From: a virus
Virus record (IMG/VR): IMGVR_UViG_3300023107_000001
Span: 1 to 40,815 of that record
DNA: 40,815 nt
Reading direction: 5' to 3' (one strand)
In this document: positions 14,675-24,364 of the stretch, in pieces
Layout: each line of letters starts with the position of its first letter
Position numbering within the stretch: position 1 is the stretch's first letter
Translations under genes and position numbers: made by a program
Notes under the pieces: generated by a model
The model's input: only the letters and a program-made list of their open reading frames with translations
Told to the model about the DNA's origin: nothing
Databases searched by the model: none

Positions 14675-15457
14675 ATGAATGAAATTGTGCTAAAACAACA
14701 ATCATATCAGTCAGGCGCGCCAAGCGAACATGAGATGATGGTTTTCCATACCATGGCTGAGCATGCAGTATCTAGCAAAATGTATAAAGGCGTAGGCGAA
14801 AAGGCCGCGGTGATGATGATCATGCTCTCAGCTAGAGAACTAGGGGTTCCTCCATGCCAAGCGCTTAACGGCGGATTGAACATTATCCAAGGTAAAGTAG
14901 AGATTTCAGCTCGTATGATGTCTGCACTAATTCGGAAAGCTGGACACCAAATTAAAGTTCAAGAGTGTACAGAGTTACAATGCACTTTAGTTGGTAAACG
15001 CGGAGATACAGGCGAAACCCAAGAAGCTTCTTTTTCAGTCGCTGAAGCTCAAAAAGCAGGGTTGGTTAAACCTGGCGGCGGATGGTCTAAATGGCCAAAA
15101 GACATGTGCTTTGCAAGAGCTTTGAGCCGCTTAGCTAGACAGCTCTTTAGCGACGTGATAGGGATTGGCTACGTAGAAGGTGAAATCAGCGCGGCTGAAT
15201 CAAAACCTGTAGAGCCTGAGCTTTTAAAAGCGGAAGAGTTTGTTGAGATTGAAAATGAGCAAGATTATATTGATAAATTTCTAGAGATATTTGATAAAGA
15301 AGACAAACATCATGCAATGGAATATTTAAGAGTCGTCCAAAAACACTTTGATTGGTCACCCGTTCAGACAATAAAAGAACTTCTAAAAGATGAGAAGCGC
15401 TTATTTGTTAAATTTAGCCATTGGAAGAGTAAAATTCAACAAGCTGAGGCAGCATGA
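14675..15457 (+). CDS. recT: RecT-family single-strand annealing protein
   Basis: ARELGVPPCQALNGGLNIIQGK...AEAQKAGL...GGWSKWPKDMCFARALSRLARQLF matches the RecT pattern. Confidence 0.7.
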   Translation: MNEIVLKQQSYQSGAPSEHEMMVFHTMAEHAVSSKMYKGVGEKAAVMMIMLSARELGVPPCQALNGGLNIIQGKVEISARMMSALIRKAGHQIKVQECTELQCTLVGKRGDTGETQEASFSVAEAQKAGLVKPGGGWSKWPKDMCFARALSRLARQLFSDVIGIGYVEGEISAAESKPVEPELLKAEEFVEIENEQDYIDKFLEIFDKEDKHHAMEYLRVVQKHFDWSPVQTIKELLKDEKRLFVKFSHWKSKIQQAEAA

Positions 15458-15594
15458 AATTTATCAAGAATAACTGGATCACTATCGTTGTTATAATTAT
15501 TGCGATAGTGGTTGTTCGGGACAGAGCTTTGAAGCAGAAAATTGAAGATATTTTGGAAGTTGAGAAGAAAGTCAAATCGGAATTAATCATATGA
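15454..15594 (+). CDS. small single-TM protein (46 aa, below the cutoff)
   Basis: MKFIKNNWITIVVIIIAIVVVRDR... Its start overlaps the RecT stop as ATGA. Confidence 0.4.
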   Translation: MKFIKNNWITIVVIIIAIVVVRDRALKQKIEDILEVEKKVKSELII

Positions 15595-15612
15595 AATCAG
15601 GATGGGAAAAAT

Positions 15613-15744
15613 ATGCCACTAAAGAAGGGCTCGTCAAAAAAGGTTATTTCAGAAAACATTGCGACGGAGGTTCGGGAAGGAAAGCCCGTGAAGCAAGCAG
15701 CCGCGATAGCTTACAGCAAAGCTGGAAAGAGCAAGAGAAAATGA
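15613..15744 (+). CDS. small basic protein (43 aa), [39 protein letters not shown]-type
   Basis: It resembles a widespread short phage and bacterial family (GKP.KQA.AIAYS.AGK). It lies in a different frame from the 168-aa track ORF. Confidence 0.4.
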   Translation: MPLKKGSSKKVISENIATEVREGKPVKQAAAIAYSKAGKSKRK

Positions 15745-16097
15745 GAGGATATTCCTGCTGCAATGGACACCAATTTAACGCTGAAGAGTCTACCCACTCA
15801 TTAATGGGAGGTCACGCATGCCCTCATTGTCCAGTTAGCAGATATATGATACCTATCAAAAAACAAGAATTAGAAAAGAAAATAGAATGGTTTGGTAGAA
15901 TTACTGAAATCAAAGAAGAATTAATTTACACGGGAGAAGAAAATGTCAAAGATCGGAAGCGGTGTGAAGAAAGCAGCAGCGAAACTGGGGTTAACGAACG
16001 CAGACCAGTTAGGAGCAAAATCCGGAAAGGTAAAAACTCCAAAAGAAAAGATGAAAGATGTCACGAGGAAGAAGTAGCTAAAGCCACCCCTTCATAA
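15741..16097 (+). CDS. zinc-ribbon protein (CC..H...CPHC); the 3' extent is uncertain
   Basis: The ATG at 15741 overlaps the upstream stop as ATGA. The C-terminal third is low complexity and competes with an alternative-frame 44-aa ORF at 15943-16077. Confidence 0.3.
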   Translation: MRGYSCCNGHQFNAEESTHSLMGGHACPHCPVSRYMIPIKKQELEKKIEWFGRITEIKEELIYTGEENVKDRKRCEESSSETGVNERRPVRSKIRKGKNSKRKDERCHEEEVAKATPS

Positions 16098-16098
16098 T

Positions 16099-16809
16099 TT
16101 ATCTCACTCGAGTCGCAGAGATTCTGCCATACGCTTTTGCTGCACCTGCGGTGAAAGCGGCTTGAGCTTTTAAGTAGTATGTAGTGGGTGCAACCGCGTT
16201 AACTCTAACTGCGGGGATGCTTAGCCCGATATCAGACGGACCAGAGGCTGTAAAAGCACTGGAAATCGTACTATCTCCATAAGAGTTGTTAGCAATCCCT
16301 CCAACAGCCGGACTTACAGAGCCAACTTGATACGTCCCGGTTGTTATACTCGTAAACATTACAATACCGCTTACGTCCCAAGTTCCAGGCGTTAAAACAA
16401 TGCTTGTAACGTTAGAAACGACATCTGTAGTTAAAGTCGAAACAGCGCCGTTAAACGGAATAAACGAAGAGATATATTCACCTAGATAACCTGAAGCTAC
16501 CGGCAGTCCTGATGTATTACCTAATATATTACCGCCGTTAATCAGAGATCCTGAGTTTAAAACCTGCACCCAGAACGCGACATTTGATTCTATCTTAGAA
16601 AGTATCCATAGATCTCCATAAACGCCCGTGGTGGGGTTTTTACCTACAACCCATACGGTTGAGAATGGGTAGAGCTTTCCTGTCTCTGGCTGCCTGTAAT
16701 CAGCTCCTGTGGGGGCTCTACTTCTAGAGACGGCATTGACAATAGAAATGTTAGGCCCCAGGTATGCCCTGGGGTTATTAGCGCTATAGCCTGTTAAACT
16801 AGAACTCAT
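16099..16809 (-). CDS. distal fibre or receptor-binding-type virion protein (Ser/Thr/Gly-rich, beta-rich)
   Basis: Last gene of the structural operon. Its start overlaps the upstream stop by 4 nt. Confidence 0.5.
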   Translation of the reverse strand: MSSSLTGYSANNPRAYLGPNISIVNAVSRSRAPTGADYRQPETGKLYPFSTVWVVGKNPTTGVYGDLWILSKIESNVAFWVQVLNSGSLINGGNILGNTSGLPVASGYLGEYISSFIPFNGAVSTLTTDVVSNVTSIVLTPGTWDVSGIVMFTSITTGTYQVGSVSPAVGGIANNSYGDSTISSAFTASGPSDIGLSIPAVRVNAVAPTTYYLKAQAAFTAGAAKAYGRISATRVR

Positions 16810-17300
16810 GTTAAAACCTCTTGTCCAGATCTATAAGTGTAAGTGGGTGTACCTGTAACGTTCATCGTCTTTAACCGAACGTAATTCCCTGGGGGGACGT
16901 CTGCTGATAGACATGCTGTACTCAGCTGAGTTAAAACTAACCCAACGACTAAGGTGCCTGAATTACCATTGCTAAAAGGTAGGATGGTTTGAACGCCTGT
17001 GGTAAATGCCGCATTTGTAGCCATTTCTAAGACTACAGTTCCCACCTGCGCACCTCCAAGAGATACAGTCGTGGAAATATCCACACTATATCTGACTGTT
17101 GACCATCTTGTTGCACTCACTTGGAATGCTGTATTTAAGGGACGGGTTGCAGATGACTGCGATCTTGGCAATACATCTGGAGGACTGATGTATTTCAGTC
17201 CTAGAGGCTGCGTCGAATCGGCTGCTATAACCTGTCCATCAGCCCCAGGAGAGAACCTATTATCGTTCACTCCATCACTAACTAAAAAATCCCCTTTCAT
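16806..17300 (-). CDS. fibre-associated virion protein
   Basis: Position directly downstream of the fibre gene, and its composition. Confidence 0.5.
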   Translation of the reverse strand: MKGDFLVSDGVNDNRFSPGADGQVIAADSTQPLGLKYISPPDVLPRSQSSATRPLNTAFQVSATRWSTVRYSVDISTTVSLGGAQVGTVVLEMATNAAFTTGVQTILPFSNGNSGTLVVGLVLTQLSTACLSADVPPGNYVRLKTMNVTGTPTYTYRSGQEVLT

Positions 17301-17303
17301 CCA

Positions 17304-18590
17304 TCACCGCTCTTTAATTTGGTTTTCTAGACATTCAATCCTTGAGTTTAATTTTTTTATTTCATGCAAGAGTAGTGCTGGTATTTCGTGGTACATAACT
17401 GTTTCTGGAGTACCTTCTTCGTTGTAAAGGCATAAGTAAGGGAATTTTTCGTGCACTTCTTCTGCAATCAGGCCGAACTTTTGTTTTTTTTCTTCGTCTG
17501 CTTTGTAAGTAAAAGTGGATGGAGTCAAACTTAAAATAGACACATCATCTTTGATAGCTTCTATATTTTCTTTATATCTTTTTGAGGAAACTACGGTGCC
17601 TAACTGACCAGCAGCCGAACATAAAACCCCAGCTCCGGTAACCGTTGCGCCTGTAATCCCTGCAATAAAAGCTCTATTTTGCTGTCCATTTCCTGTACCT
17701 TGCTGACCAATCCGCAAGGTGTTGCTTTCTGCTAATGTGCCTTCGTTACCAACTAAAATATTACTAGATTCTGAAGTAGCGTAAGTATAACCCGCTCTAT
17801 CACCTATGAAAATATTGTAAGAACCCGTCTGCAATAAATTCCCAGCGGCGAAATTGCCTAAAAATGTATTGAAAGAACCAGTAGTCAGTGAGTTTCCTAC
17901 ACTCGTGCCGAGTCCTAGATTGCGCTGCCCGCTTAAAGCACCTTGAAAACAAGAGGTTCCAATACCTAAATTCCCTGGACCAGAAACACCCGCAGACATC
18001 GCACCGTAACCAATGCCGATAGTGAGGTTAGCTGTAGTGCCCAGCAAGGCATGCCAGCCGATCGCGACGCTTCCGCTCACATCACCCGAGTTAAAAAGCG
18101 TGGCTTCCCCTAAAGCCGTGTTGAAATTTCCCGTGGAGATTGTATTTGAGCTTACATGACCTAACGCCGTATTCGAAATACCGCTAGTTATTCCATTTAA
18201 AGCTAAGTATCCAATTCCAACATCTCCAATGGCGCCACCCGTGATAGATGCAGTGCTAGAACCTAAGAACAGGTTTTGAGAAGCCGGGCCAAAGTCTAAA
18301 GTAAATGTACTACCAGAGCCTGCCACGCGGATGTTTGTATTGGAAGTTAATATATTCCAATTGCTAGCCGTAGGAGGCCTAGCCCCACCTGTATTACCTG
18401 TAATGGTTAGAGCAACGGGAGTCCCGGTAATGGTAACTGTGTTGCCAGCAGATGAAGTGGTTATACCGCCAGCTCCCACAAAGTTAATGATGTTATCAGC
18501 TGCAACAGCATCAGGCCCGCCCTGCGTATGGAAAAAGATAGGCATCTCTGGATTTGCATCTGCAATATTAACAACTCCCGCTTGACTCAT
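17304..18590 (-). CDS. tail fibre or spike with a C-terminal S74 intramolecular-chaperone autoprocessing domain
   Basis: Gly/Asn/Ala-rich repeats, then SSKRYKENIE...FGLIAEEV...MYHEIPALLLHEIKKL. Confidence 0.8.
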   Translation of the reverse strand: MSQAGVVNIADANPEMPIFFHTQGGPDAVAADNIINFVGAGGITTSSAGNTVTITGTPVALTITGNTGGARPPTASNWNILTSNTNIRVAGSGSTFTLDFGPASQNLFLGSSTASITGGAIGDVGIGYLALNGITSGISNTALGHVSSNTISTGNFNTALGEATLFNSGDVSGSVAIGWHALLGTTANLTIGIGYGAMSAGVSGPGNLGIGTSCFQGALSGQRNLGLGTSVGNSLTTGSFNTFLGNFAAGNLLQTGSYNIFIGDRAGYTYATSESSNILVGNEGTLAESNTLRIGQQGTGNGQQNRAFIAGITGATVTGAGVLCSAAGQLGTVVSSKRYKENIEAIKDDVSILSLTPSTFTYKADEEKKQKFGLIAEEVHEKFPYLCLYNEEGTPETVMYHEIPALLLHEIKKLNSRIECLENQIKER

Positions 18591-19261
18591 AGTGCCTCTT
18601 CTTGCTTGGTTAGCTCGATTTTCTTTACAACTTGGGAAAGGTTTTCAATTTTTCTTTCTAAAAGCATGATTTGCTTTTCATTGTTTGCAGAGCGCAAGAT
18701 AGAGTTCTGACCATTCAACTCAACAAGCTGAACTTTTTCATCAATAAGACGGGTCATCTCAGGAATTTCTGAAGGGATATTCATGATTTCAGATTTGAAA
18801 TCATCCAATTTTGTATCGTATTGACTACGCAGAGTATTAACATATCGTTGAAAATCTGCCCTAATCTGCTCTCTTTCGAAAGAAAAGTTTTCTATGCACT
18901 CATGCAAACCTGCAATTGTTTCGCGTAGATCTTCTTCTTTAGCGCAAGAGTCTAACTTGTAGTCGATCTCTGACATCCGAACTCTGTTCAGTCCGATCTC
19001 ATTAGAGATAGCATGTAGGTCTTTCTTTACTTCTTTAATGGCAGCCATCGCGCCGTCTAATATCTCACTTAATTGAGATTCTATTTGCGCTTTGTTAGAG
19101 GAGATAACCCCTTGAGCTTTAGAGAGGCTTTCTTGCAAAACAGATAAGCAAATTTTAATTTCGCCTATCTGGTAGGCGGTATCAATTTTGAAGTCATCCT
19201 CAGCTTTCAATTCTTGAATTCTGGAGAACTCTTCCTTGGGGATTCCCCTAGGTATTGCCAT
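18587..19261 (-). CDS. coiled-coil virion or assembly protein
   Basis: Heptad-rich 224-aa ORF whose stop overlaps the fibre gene start as ATGA. Confidence 0.5.
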   Translation of the reverse strand: MAIPRGIPKEEFSRIQELKAEDDFKIDTAYQIGEIKICLSVLQESLSKAQGVISSNKAQIESQLSEILDGAMAAIKEVKKDLHAISNEIGLNRVRMSEIDYKLDSCAKEEDLRETIAGLHECIENFSFEREQIRADFQRYVNTLRSQYDTKLDDFKSEIMNIPSEIPEMTRLIDEKVQLVELNGQNSILRSANNEKQIMLLERKIENLSQVVKKIELTKQEEAL

Positions 19262-19592
19262 GAATATACTCTAAATAAACTCCCCCAGAGCTCGGAGCAG
19301 ATGCTTGCTTAACGTAGATAATTGTCCCTTTAGCTATGACAAAACTGTCATCCTTACCGGGGACCATGTTGGCCGTAAGATCAAACAATTTGAACGTGCC
19401 TGGGGGGAGGAAAAGCTTTCCTGTTGTGTTAGTGTTGTCATCACTGAAAATCATTCCAGCGTCTGTATTGTTAGTTAGGCAGATAATGCGAGGTTCAACT
19501 GTTAGAGCTGAACCTACGGCTGCATAAACACCCGAAATCCCGCCAAAGGCAAGAGATCTGAGTGTGTCAAAGTAAACGCGTTTAGCTGACAT
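19248..19592 (-). CDS. hypothetical virion protein
   Basis: ORF in the fibre cassette. Confidence 0.5.
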   Translation of the reverse strand: MSAKRVYFDTLRSLAFGGISGVYAAVGSALTVEPRIICLTNNTDAGMIFSDDNTNTTGKLFLPPGTFKLFDLTANMVPGKDDSFVIAKGTIIYVKQASAPSSGGVYLEYIHGNT

Positions 19593-19602
19593 AGTTAACC
19601 CC

Positions 19603-20121
19603 TTATGCTAATAATCCGTAGCCCCTTAGAGCTGCGATAGTTTGAGTTAGCGCAGCAGCCAGCTGATAGATGTCATTTCGAATTGTCGCTGCATCTGTAG
19701 TGTAATCAGCACCCGCGAAGTTAGCGATTACCCCAGTCGTTCCACCGACAGTCACGCTGTTTGTTAGCGCTCCCTGAGTGACTCGAGAAATTCCGGAAGA
19801 TCCAAAGAAACCTACCGTTCCAGTTGAATTTCCACCTCTAAAGGCAGCGCCTGCACCTGAAGCTAGAGTTGTAGCGCTTGTAGAAGTTAAAGTTGTTGCT
19901 GCCACAGGGCGTGCAGTTGTGCTACCAAAGCCTAATGCAGGTGGAGAAGCAAAGTTAGCGCCTGTAGAGACTGAATTTAATTGAGCTGGGGTAACGGCTA
20001 CGTTATTAGCTGTTCCCGCTAAGACTTCAGCTGCTGTTGCAAGGCGTGTGATACCCTGTCTTGTCCTACTAGCCCTTTGACCGTCATAGCCATTCGGCGT
20101 CCGTAAGTTGAGTGCTGCCAT
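19603..20121 (-). CDS. fibre-like protein with the conserved N-terminal G.TRLAT.AE...GT...AVTPA.L motif
   Basis: QGITRLATAAEVLAGTANNVAVTPAQL. It is Ala/Thr/Gly-rich and locally GC-rich. Confidence 0.55.
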   Translation of the reverse strand: MAALNLRTPNGYDGQRASRTRQGITRLATAAEVLAGTANNVAVTPAQLNSVSTGANFASPPALGFGSTTARPVAATTLTSTSATTLASGAGAAFRGGNSTGTVGFFGSSGISRVTQGALTNSVTVGGTTGVIANFAGADYTTDAATIRNDIYQLAAALTQTIAALRGYGLLA

Positions 20122-20353
20122 AAACCCTCCGGAGGTTTTAAAGTTATTTCTTTACATTTACAACAAAGCGGTATTCTTGTCTTTAAAAATATTTCTTGTC
20201 TTTACTCAGAAATTGAGGTTATTCTAGTATCTAAGAATTAGAGGGTTAATAGTTTATTTAAATTTAAAATCAGGTGTTTATGTTATATATAATTGCAGCC
20301 ATTTTGTTTGTAGCCTTCATAGATAAAATATTTGATAATTTATTTCATTAGCC

Positions 20354-22162
20354 CTAAAAATCTCCTTCATATACTTCTAGGTCATTAATAACTTTTTTGA
20401 TTAAATCTTTGGAGCTACCAAATTCACCGCTCACAGCCTTTTCTAATTTTGAAAAATCAGATGCCATGTTTTTAAAAGAGCCTTTAGCGGCCTTTTTAAT
20501 AATTGAATTATACGCCTGACGGGTCGCGGGTCGTGTTAATAAATACCCTTTAACGCGTTCAGCCATAGGCTTTGCAATATAGAGAAGACCTGTCATTTTA
20601 GCTGTAGATCCCAGGATAAAAGGCGCTAGAGATCCCCAAGTGAGTGCCTCCTTTGCGTACTGTGGCGATTTCAGTAGTCTAGATGTGTGATCCACAGCTT
20701 TTTGTCCATACTCAGCAATTTCCCTAATTTCACCAACAGCTTTATCCCCTAAATCTCTCCTGAGGATGGAACCTTGTCTAGAATTTAATATTCTACTCAG
20801 TTTCTTAGGGTTATAATTTCCACCTTCAAAAGCTTTACTGATCACTGACTCTGACTTCTTCAAAATAGCATTCTGGCTAAAAGTCTTATTGGCTTCTTTA
20901 AAAGCTTCAGCAACATCTGATCCCGCCTGCTTTTCCATGGTCTTCCTAACGGATTCATTTAAAAAAGCATATGTATTTCTTACATCTTCTTCCTTACCCG
21001 CCAATTCAGGCTTCTTGTATAGACCTTTAACATTTTTGTTATATTCAATATGTTGATTAATTAATTGTTCAGAATTAATCGGATTTGAATCCTTCTGACT
21101 CGGCAAGGATTTCTCGAAAATTGATTTTTCTTTTTCTAAGATATTAATCGCCTCTTGTGTGCCATGACTTGGAGAAGGAGCTAATGACTTTAATCTTTTA
21201 ATTTCCCTGTCAATATCAGATATAATTTCTGATGGATCAATATTTTGAGGTTTAGAGGCGGCTAGCTGGCGAGCTTTGTCATATTGCTCTACTTGTAATT
21301 TATCTAAGTTAACACCCTCCTTTCTTAACTCCGAAATGGGTATTTTTTTATCAATTATTCTTTGAGCCGCTTGCTCTGAAGACAAGCCCAACTCCTTAGA
21401 TATAGCGGCTTCTCTAGCCTGCGATATTTTAGGCGTGATCACACCCCCTTCCGGTCGTGTCATAAATTCATAGAAAGGAATATCATGTTTATCCGCAACA
21501 GAGCGTAGTTTCTCGGCCTCTGGTGTAAATTTTCTAGGACCTTTTTTAAGAGCTCCAGCCCCGCCCCCTACTATATCTCCTAAAACTTCAGAAGCAAATT
21601 CATTTACGCCCGCAGATTTTAAACCTTGAGTTGTTGTGCCAGCTGCTGAACCTGCGGCTAACTTTCTCAAAGGGCCACCCTTTGTTAACGAGGCTATGGT
21701 GGCTGCTTTATTAACGAATTTACCAGATTCTGTAGTAGGTTCTAAGCTGACTCCTGTGGCTGATTCTATCAAACCTTCAAACATAGACTGTGTTGGGACA
21801 AACTCCCCTTGACCCAATACAAACTTAGTATATTCATCCCGGTCAAAAGGTTTGCCAGCTTTCCTAAAGGCTTCTTCTAGTTCATCGATATCCGACAATG
21901 CTGAACCAACAACACCTATCTTTAAAACATCTAGAGGCCATGTGAAAGCTTGGGCTACTCCTCTAGCGCCCTGTATAGCCACATCTTTAGTCCAGTCCCA
22001 CCAAGAAGCCTCTTTAGACTCTTGTGAATCTGAGTAGGTGTCCATATCTATAGCGGAATCAGTTAAATCATTCTCCACAGACTGGTTTTCTTCATCCCTG
22101 TAAACTTCTAAGTCAATAGCCCCAAAATCTTCATCATCGTTTTTTTTAATTGGAGGTTGCAT
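20354..22162 (-). CDS. large internal virion or ejection-type protein
   Basis: The start is moved to the ATG at 22162 (GGAGGG RBS, TAATG overlap). Assignment rests on size and position. Confidence 0.5.
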   Translation of the reverse strand: MQPPIKKNDDEDFGAIDLEVYRDEENQSVENDLTDSAIDMDTYSDSQESKEASWWDWTKDVAIQGARGVAQAFTWPLDVLKIGVVGSALSDIDELEEAFRKAGKPFDRDEYTKFVLGQGEFVPTQSMFEGLIESATGVSLEPTTESGKFVNKAATIASLTKGGPLRKLAAGSAAGTTTQGLKSAGVNEFASEVLGDIVGGGAGALKKGPRKFTPEAEKLRSVADKHDIPFYEFMTRPEGGVITPKISQAREAAISKELGLSSEQAAQRIIDKKIPISELRKEGVNLDKLQVEQYDKARQLAASKPQNIDPSEIISDIDREIKRLKSLAPSPSHGTQEAINILEKEKSIFEKSLPSQKDSNPINSEQLINQHIEYNKNVKGLYKKPELAGKEEDVRNTYAFLNESVRKTMEKQAGSDVAEAFKEANKTFSQNAILKKSESVISKAFEGGNYNPKKLSRILNSRQGSILRRDLGDKAVGEIREIAEYGQKAVDHTSRLLKSPQYAKEALTWGSLAPFILGSTAKMTGLLYIAKPMAERVKGYLLTRPATRQAYNSIIKKAAKGSFKNMASDFSKLEKAVSGEFGSSKDLIKKVINDLEVYEGDF

Positions 22163-23472
22163 TAATACACCCTCCATTTTTTGCTAGCTTCTGCTTGGTT
22201 TACTTTACTTTTTGGCATAGCGAAAAACTTACCATCTTCAACCCTTTGCATAAGCACAGTGTCTTTGAATTTCTCTGGATTCTTAGCAATTTTATCCATA
22301 AAGTCAGATGCTGTATCCAGGTCATTAATTTTCTGGATGATTTGTTGCTCTTTCCCAGCTACTTTTTGATCTGCCTCAGTTAAAATATCTGAATAGCTTG
22401 CATTGCGCCCGTAGTGCTTTAAACCGTCCTCTAAAGTTACTCCATGTAGATCTTCCAAATCGTTCATCAATTGCATTTGTTTAATGATAACACGTCTTCC
22501 ATCTGCGCTGTTTAACAAGCTTGGTAATCTAGACTTGAAGGATTGAACGTCAAAGTTAGTGACTCTATTTCCAAAATAAGCTTTTGCGTCTATAAGAAAG
22601 TCATTTAATGTTTTTACATAATCCTGAGTCTCTTTGCTAACACCTGCTTTTAAAATCTGAGCTGTGGGGTAAGGCTCTGCTGTGTCCGGGTTTATAACTA
22701 GCCTACCAATACCATCAGGAATTTTCTCGCTAAGAGAGGCTAAACGATTTAAACGAATGCCAATACCTCGAGTCGAATTAGTCTTCTGTCTAGTTTCAGA
22801 TAGCAGCTTATTATTTTCCTTTTGATTTTGATTTGCCCATTTCACGTTTTCAGATGGGGTCATTCCTGCTGGTGAAGGAATATCTGGCCATGCGTTTTCA
22901 TCTATAGGATTTTGCTCGTTTGAAAAAGAATCGTCCACAGCAAATTCAGTCTGAGTTGGCTGAACCTCTTCCCCGGCGGAAGAAACAGGCTTTTGATTTG
23001 GCTGATAATTTTTTTTGTTACCTCTTAACCCTCTACTTTTAAGCTCATTATGATTGCGCCACATGATCTGTTGCACGCCAGGAGTAGAGTCCAAGTACTC
23101 ATCCACCTCTTCTTCTGGAAAGTCGGTTTCTAATAAGCGTTTTTTACGTTCCTCTCTGTCTTCAGCGCTCATAGCTTTAGAGGCATTTTTCTGAAGTTGT
23201 TGATTATACTTCTGAAAATCCATCAACTGCTTTACAGTATTAACTCTAGTGGTAGGACCAATGCGCGCATCAGACTGGACGGCTTGGATTTTTCGTTGAA
23301 GATTCTCCCCGTCGTTTTGATACTGAGCGTATATCTCCTTAAGAGCGTCAGTCTCCTGTTTAGCTCTAGAATTCTCTGCAAATTGATTACTAAAACTACT
23401 TAAGGTTGACTCTAGTGTAGTCGGTTGCGTGCGAGGCTTGTAGTTTAAGTCGATTACTTGTGCGCTTGGCAT
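22162..23472 (-). CDS. internal virion or ejection-type protein
   Basis: 436-aa charged, Gln-rich ORF in the structural operon. Confidence 0.5.
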   Translation of the reverse strand: MPSAQVIDLNYKPRTQPTTLESTLSSFSNQFAENSRAKQETDALKEIYAQYQNDGENLQRKIQAVQSDARIGPTTRVNTVKQLMDFQKYNQQLQKNASKAMSAEDREERKKRLLETDFPEEEVDEYLDSTPGVQQIMWRNHNELKSRGLRGNKKNYQPNQKPVSSAGEEVQPTQTEFAVDDSFSNEQNPIDENAWPDIPSPAGMTPSENVKWANQNQKENNKLLSETRQKTNSTRGIGIRLNRLASLSEKIPDGIGRLVINPDTAEPYPTAQILKAGVSKETQDYVKTLNDFLIDAKAYFGNRVTNFDVQSFKSRLPSLLNSADGRRVIIKQMQLMNDLEDLHGVTLEDGLKHYGRNASYSDILTEADQKVAGKEQQIIQKINDLDTASDFMDKIAKNPEKFKDTVLMQRVEDGKFFAMPKSKVNQAEASKKWRVY

Positions 23473-23483
23473 TTTTCCTCCTA

Positions 23484-24062
23484 TTATATGAGAGCGTTGG
23501 CTACAAATTTACCAGCAGCAGGACCAATTGATCCTAAGATTTGATCTATCACGCTTCCTGCTGGCTGTTCTCCAGGCTGCATATACGCAAACGTCTGAGT
23601 GTTAAGCACGCTGTTGATTCCGTTCGTCTTATTTTGATTTGCCTGTTGCTGACCTTGAAAAATATTCTGAGAGCGAAGGCCATCTAAGTTCTCCTGAACA
23701 TCCCTTCCTGCGCGAGAGAGTGCTTCTCCTGAATAGGAACTATTCATCAGACCGCCCTGTCTATACTGACCCGTAATCCCTGGGATGACATTCTCTTGAA
23801 AATTCCGATATGCAGGCTTTGCAACCGATTGATCAAAAACATTGTTATAGCCCTGCGCATCAAAGTTATATAAATTCGATAACGGTCCATCTCCGCGGAT
23901 GCCTGATATGTAATCGTTATAAAGAGCTTGTTGCTGCGGGTCTAAAGTGCTTATTTTTTTAGGTTTAGCTTTCTTCTTCTTTCCTCCAAACAATCCTGCC
24001 ACTCCTCCAACTAACCCGCCAGATGCGAAGCCGGCAGCTCCTTCTCCCCAATTTAAACCCAT
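23484..24062 (-). CDS. Gly/Gln-rich virion protein
   Basis: The start is moved to the ATG at 24062 (GGGGGAAAT RBS). Confidence 0.5.
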   Translation of the reverse strand: MGLNWGEGAAGFASGGLVGGVAGLFGGKKKKAKPKKISTLDPQQQALYNDYISGIRGDGPLSNLYNFDAQGYNNVFDQSVAKPAYRNFQENVIPGITGQYRQGGLMNSSYSGEALSRAGRDVQENLDGLRSQNIFQGQQQANQNKTNGINSVLNTQTFAYMQPGEQPAGSVIDQILGSIGPAAGKFVANALI

Positions 24063-24070
24063 ATTTCCCC

Positions 24071-24364
24071 CTAAGTAATTATTTTCCAGGTAACCGCGTT
24101 CGATGTTGTCCGACTCGTCATAATCCAAGCTGTGTCAGTGTCAGTACGCACATATAAGTCGCCTATTTCAAAGTTCTTGTTAAAATCTGAATTGGCCGGA
24201 GGATTCACATGCGGCTTTTGACTTCCGTCTGTAAAATACTTAGATGATTTAGTGTTAACTGCTGTTGCAGTGTCTGTGTATGCTTGCGATAGTTGACGTG
24301 TAAGCTCAGGATTATTATTTCTAAGCGAAGCACCCCAGTTAAAGTTTTGAATAAGTGTTGGCAT
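24071..24364 (-). CDS. small virion protein
   Basis: ORF directly following the 823-aa gene. Confidence 0.5.
   Translation of the reverse strand: MPTLIQNFNWGASLRNNNPELTRQLSQAYTDTATAVNTKSSKYFTDGSQKPHVNPPANSDFNKNFEIGDLYVRTDTDTAWIMTSRTTSNAVTWKIIT

Noticed and set aside
15591-16097. The 168-aa ORF as a single gene
   Set aside because: Its N-terminal part overlaps a better-looking conserved 43-aa gene in another frame. Its middle contains an internal ATG with an ATGA overlap. Its tail is low complexity. I split it into mini-genes (see findings).
16999-18585. Antisense ORFs in the fibre genes (16999-17427 and 18331-18585), and similar ones at 19336-19527, 19778-19984 and 11520-11717
   Set aside because: They lie opposite GC-richer, stop-poor coding regions. 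They have no RBS or motifs. The sense-strand genes have clear domain signatures.
20124-20140. The CCTCCGGAGG palindrome as a regulatory hairpin or restriction-type site
   Set aside because: The palindrome has no loop and could form only about 4 bp. It is adequately explained as the GGAGG RBS of gene 19603-20121 plus chance symmetry.
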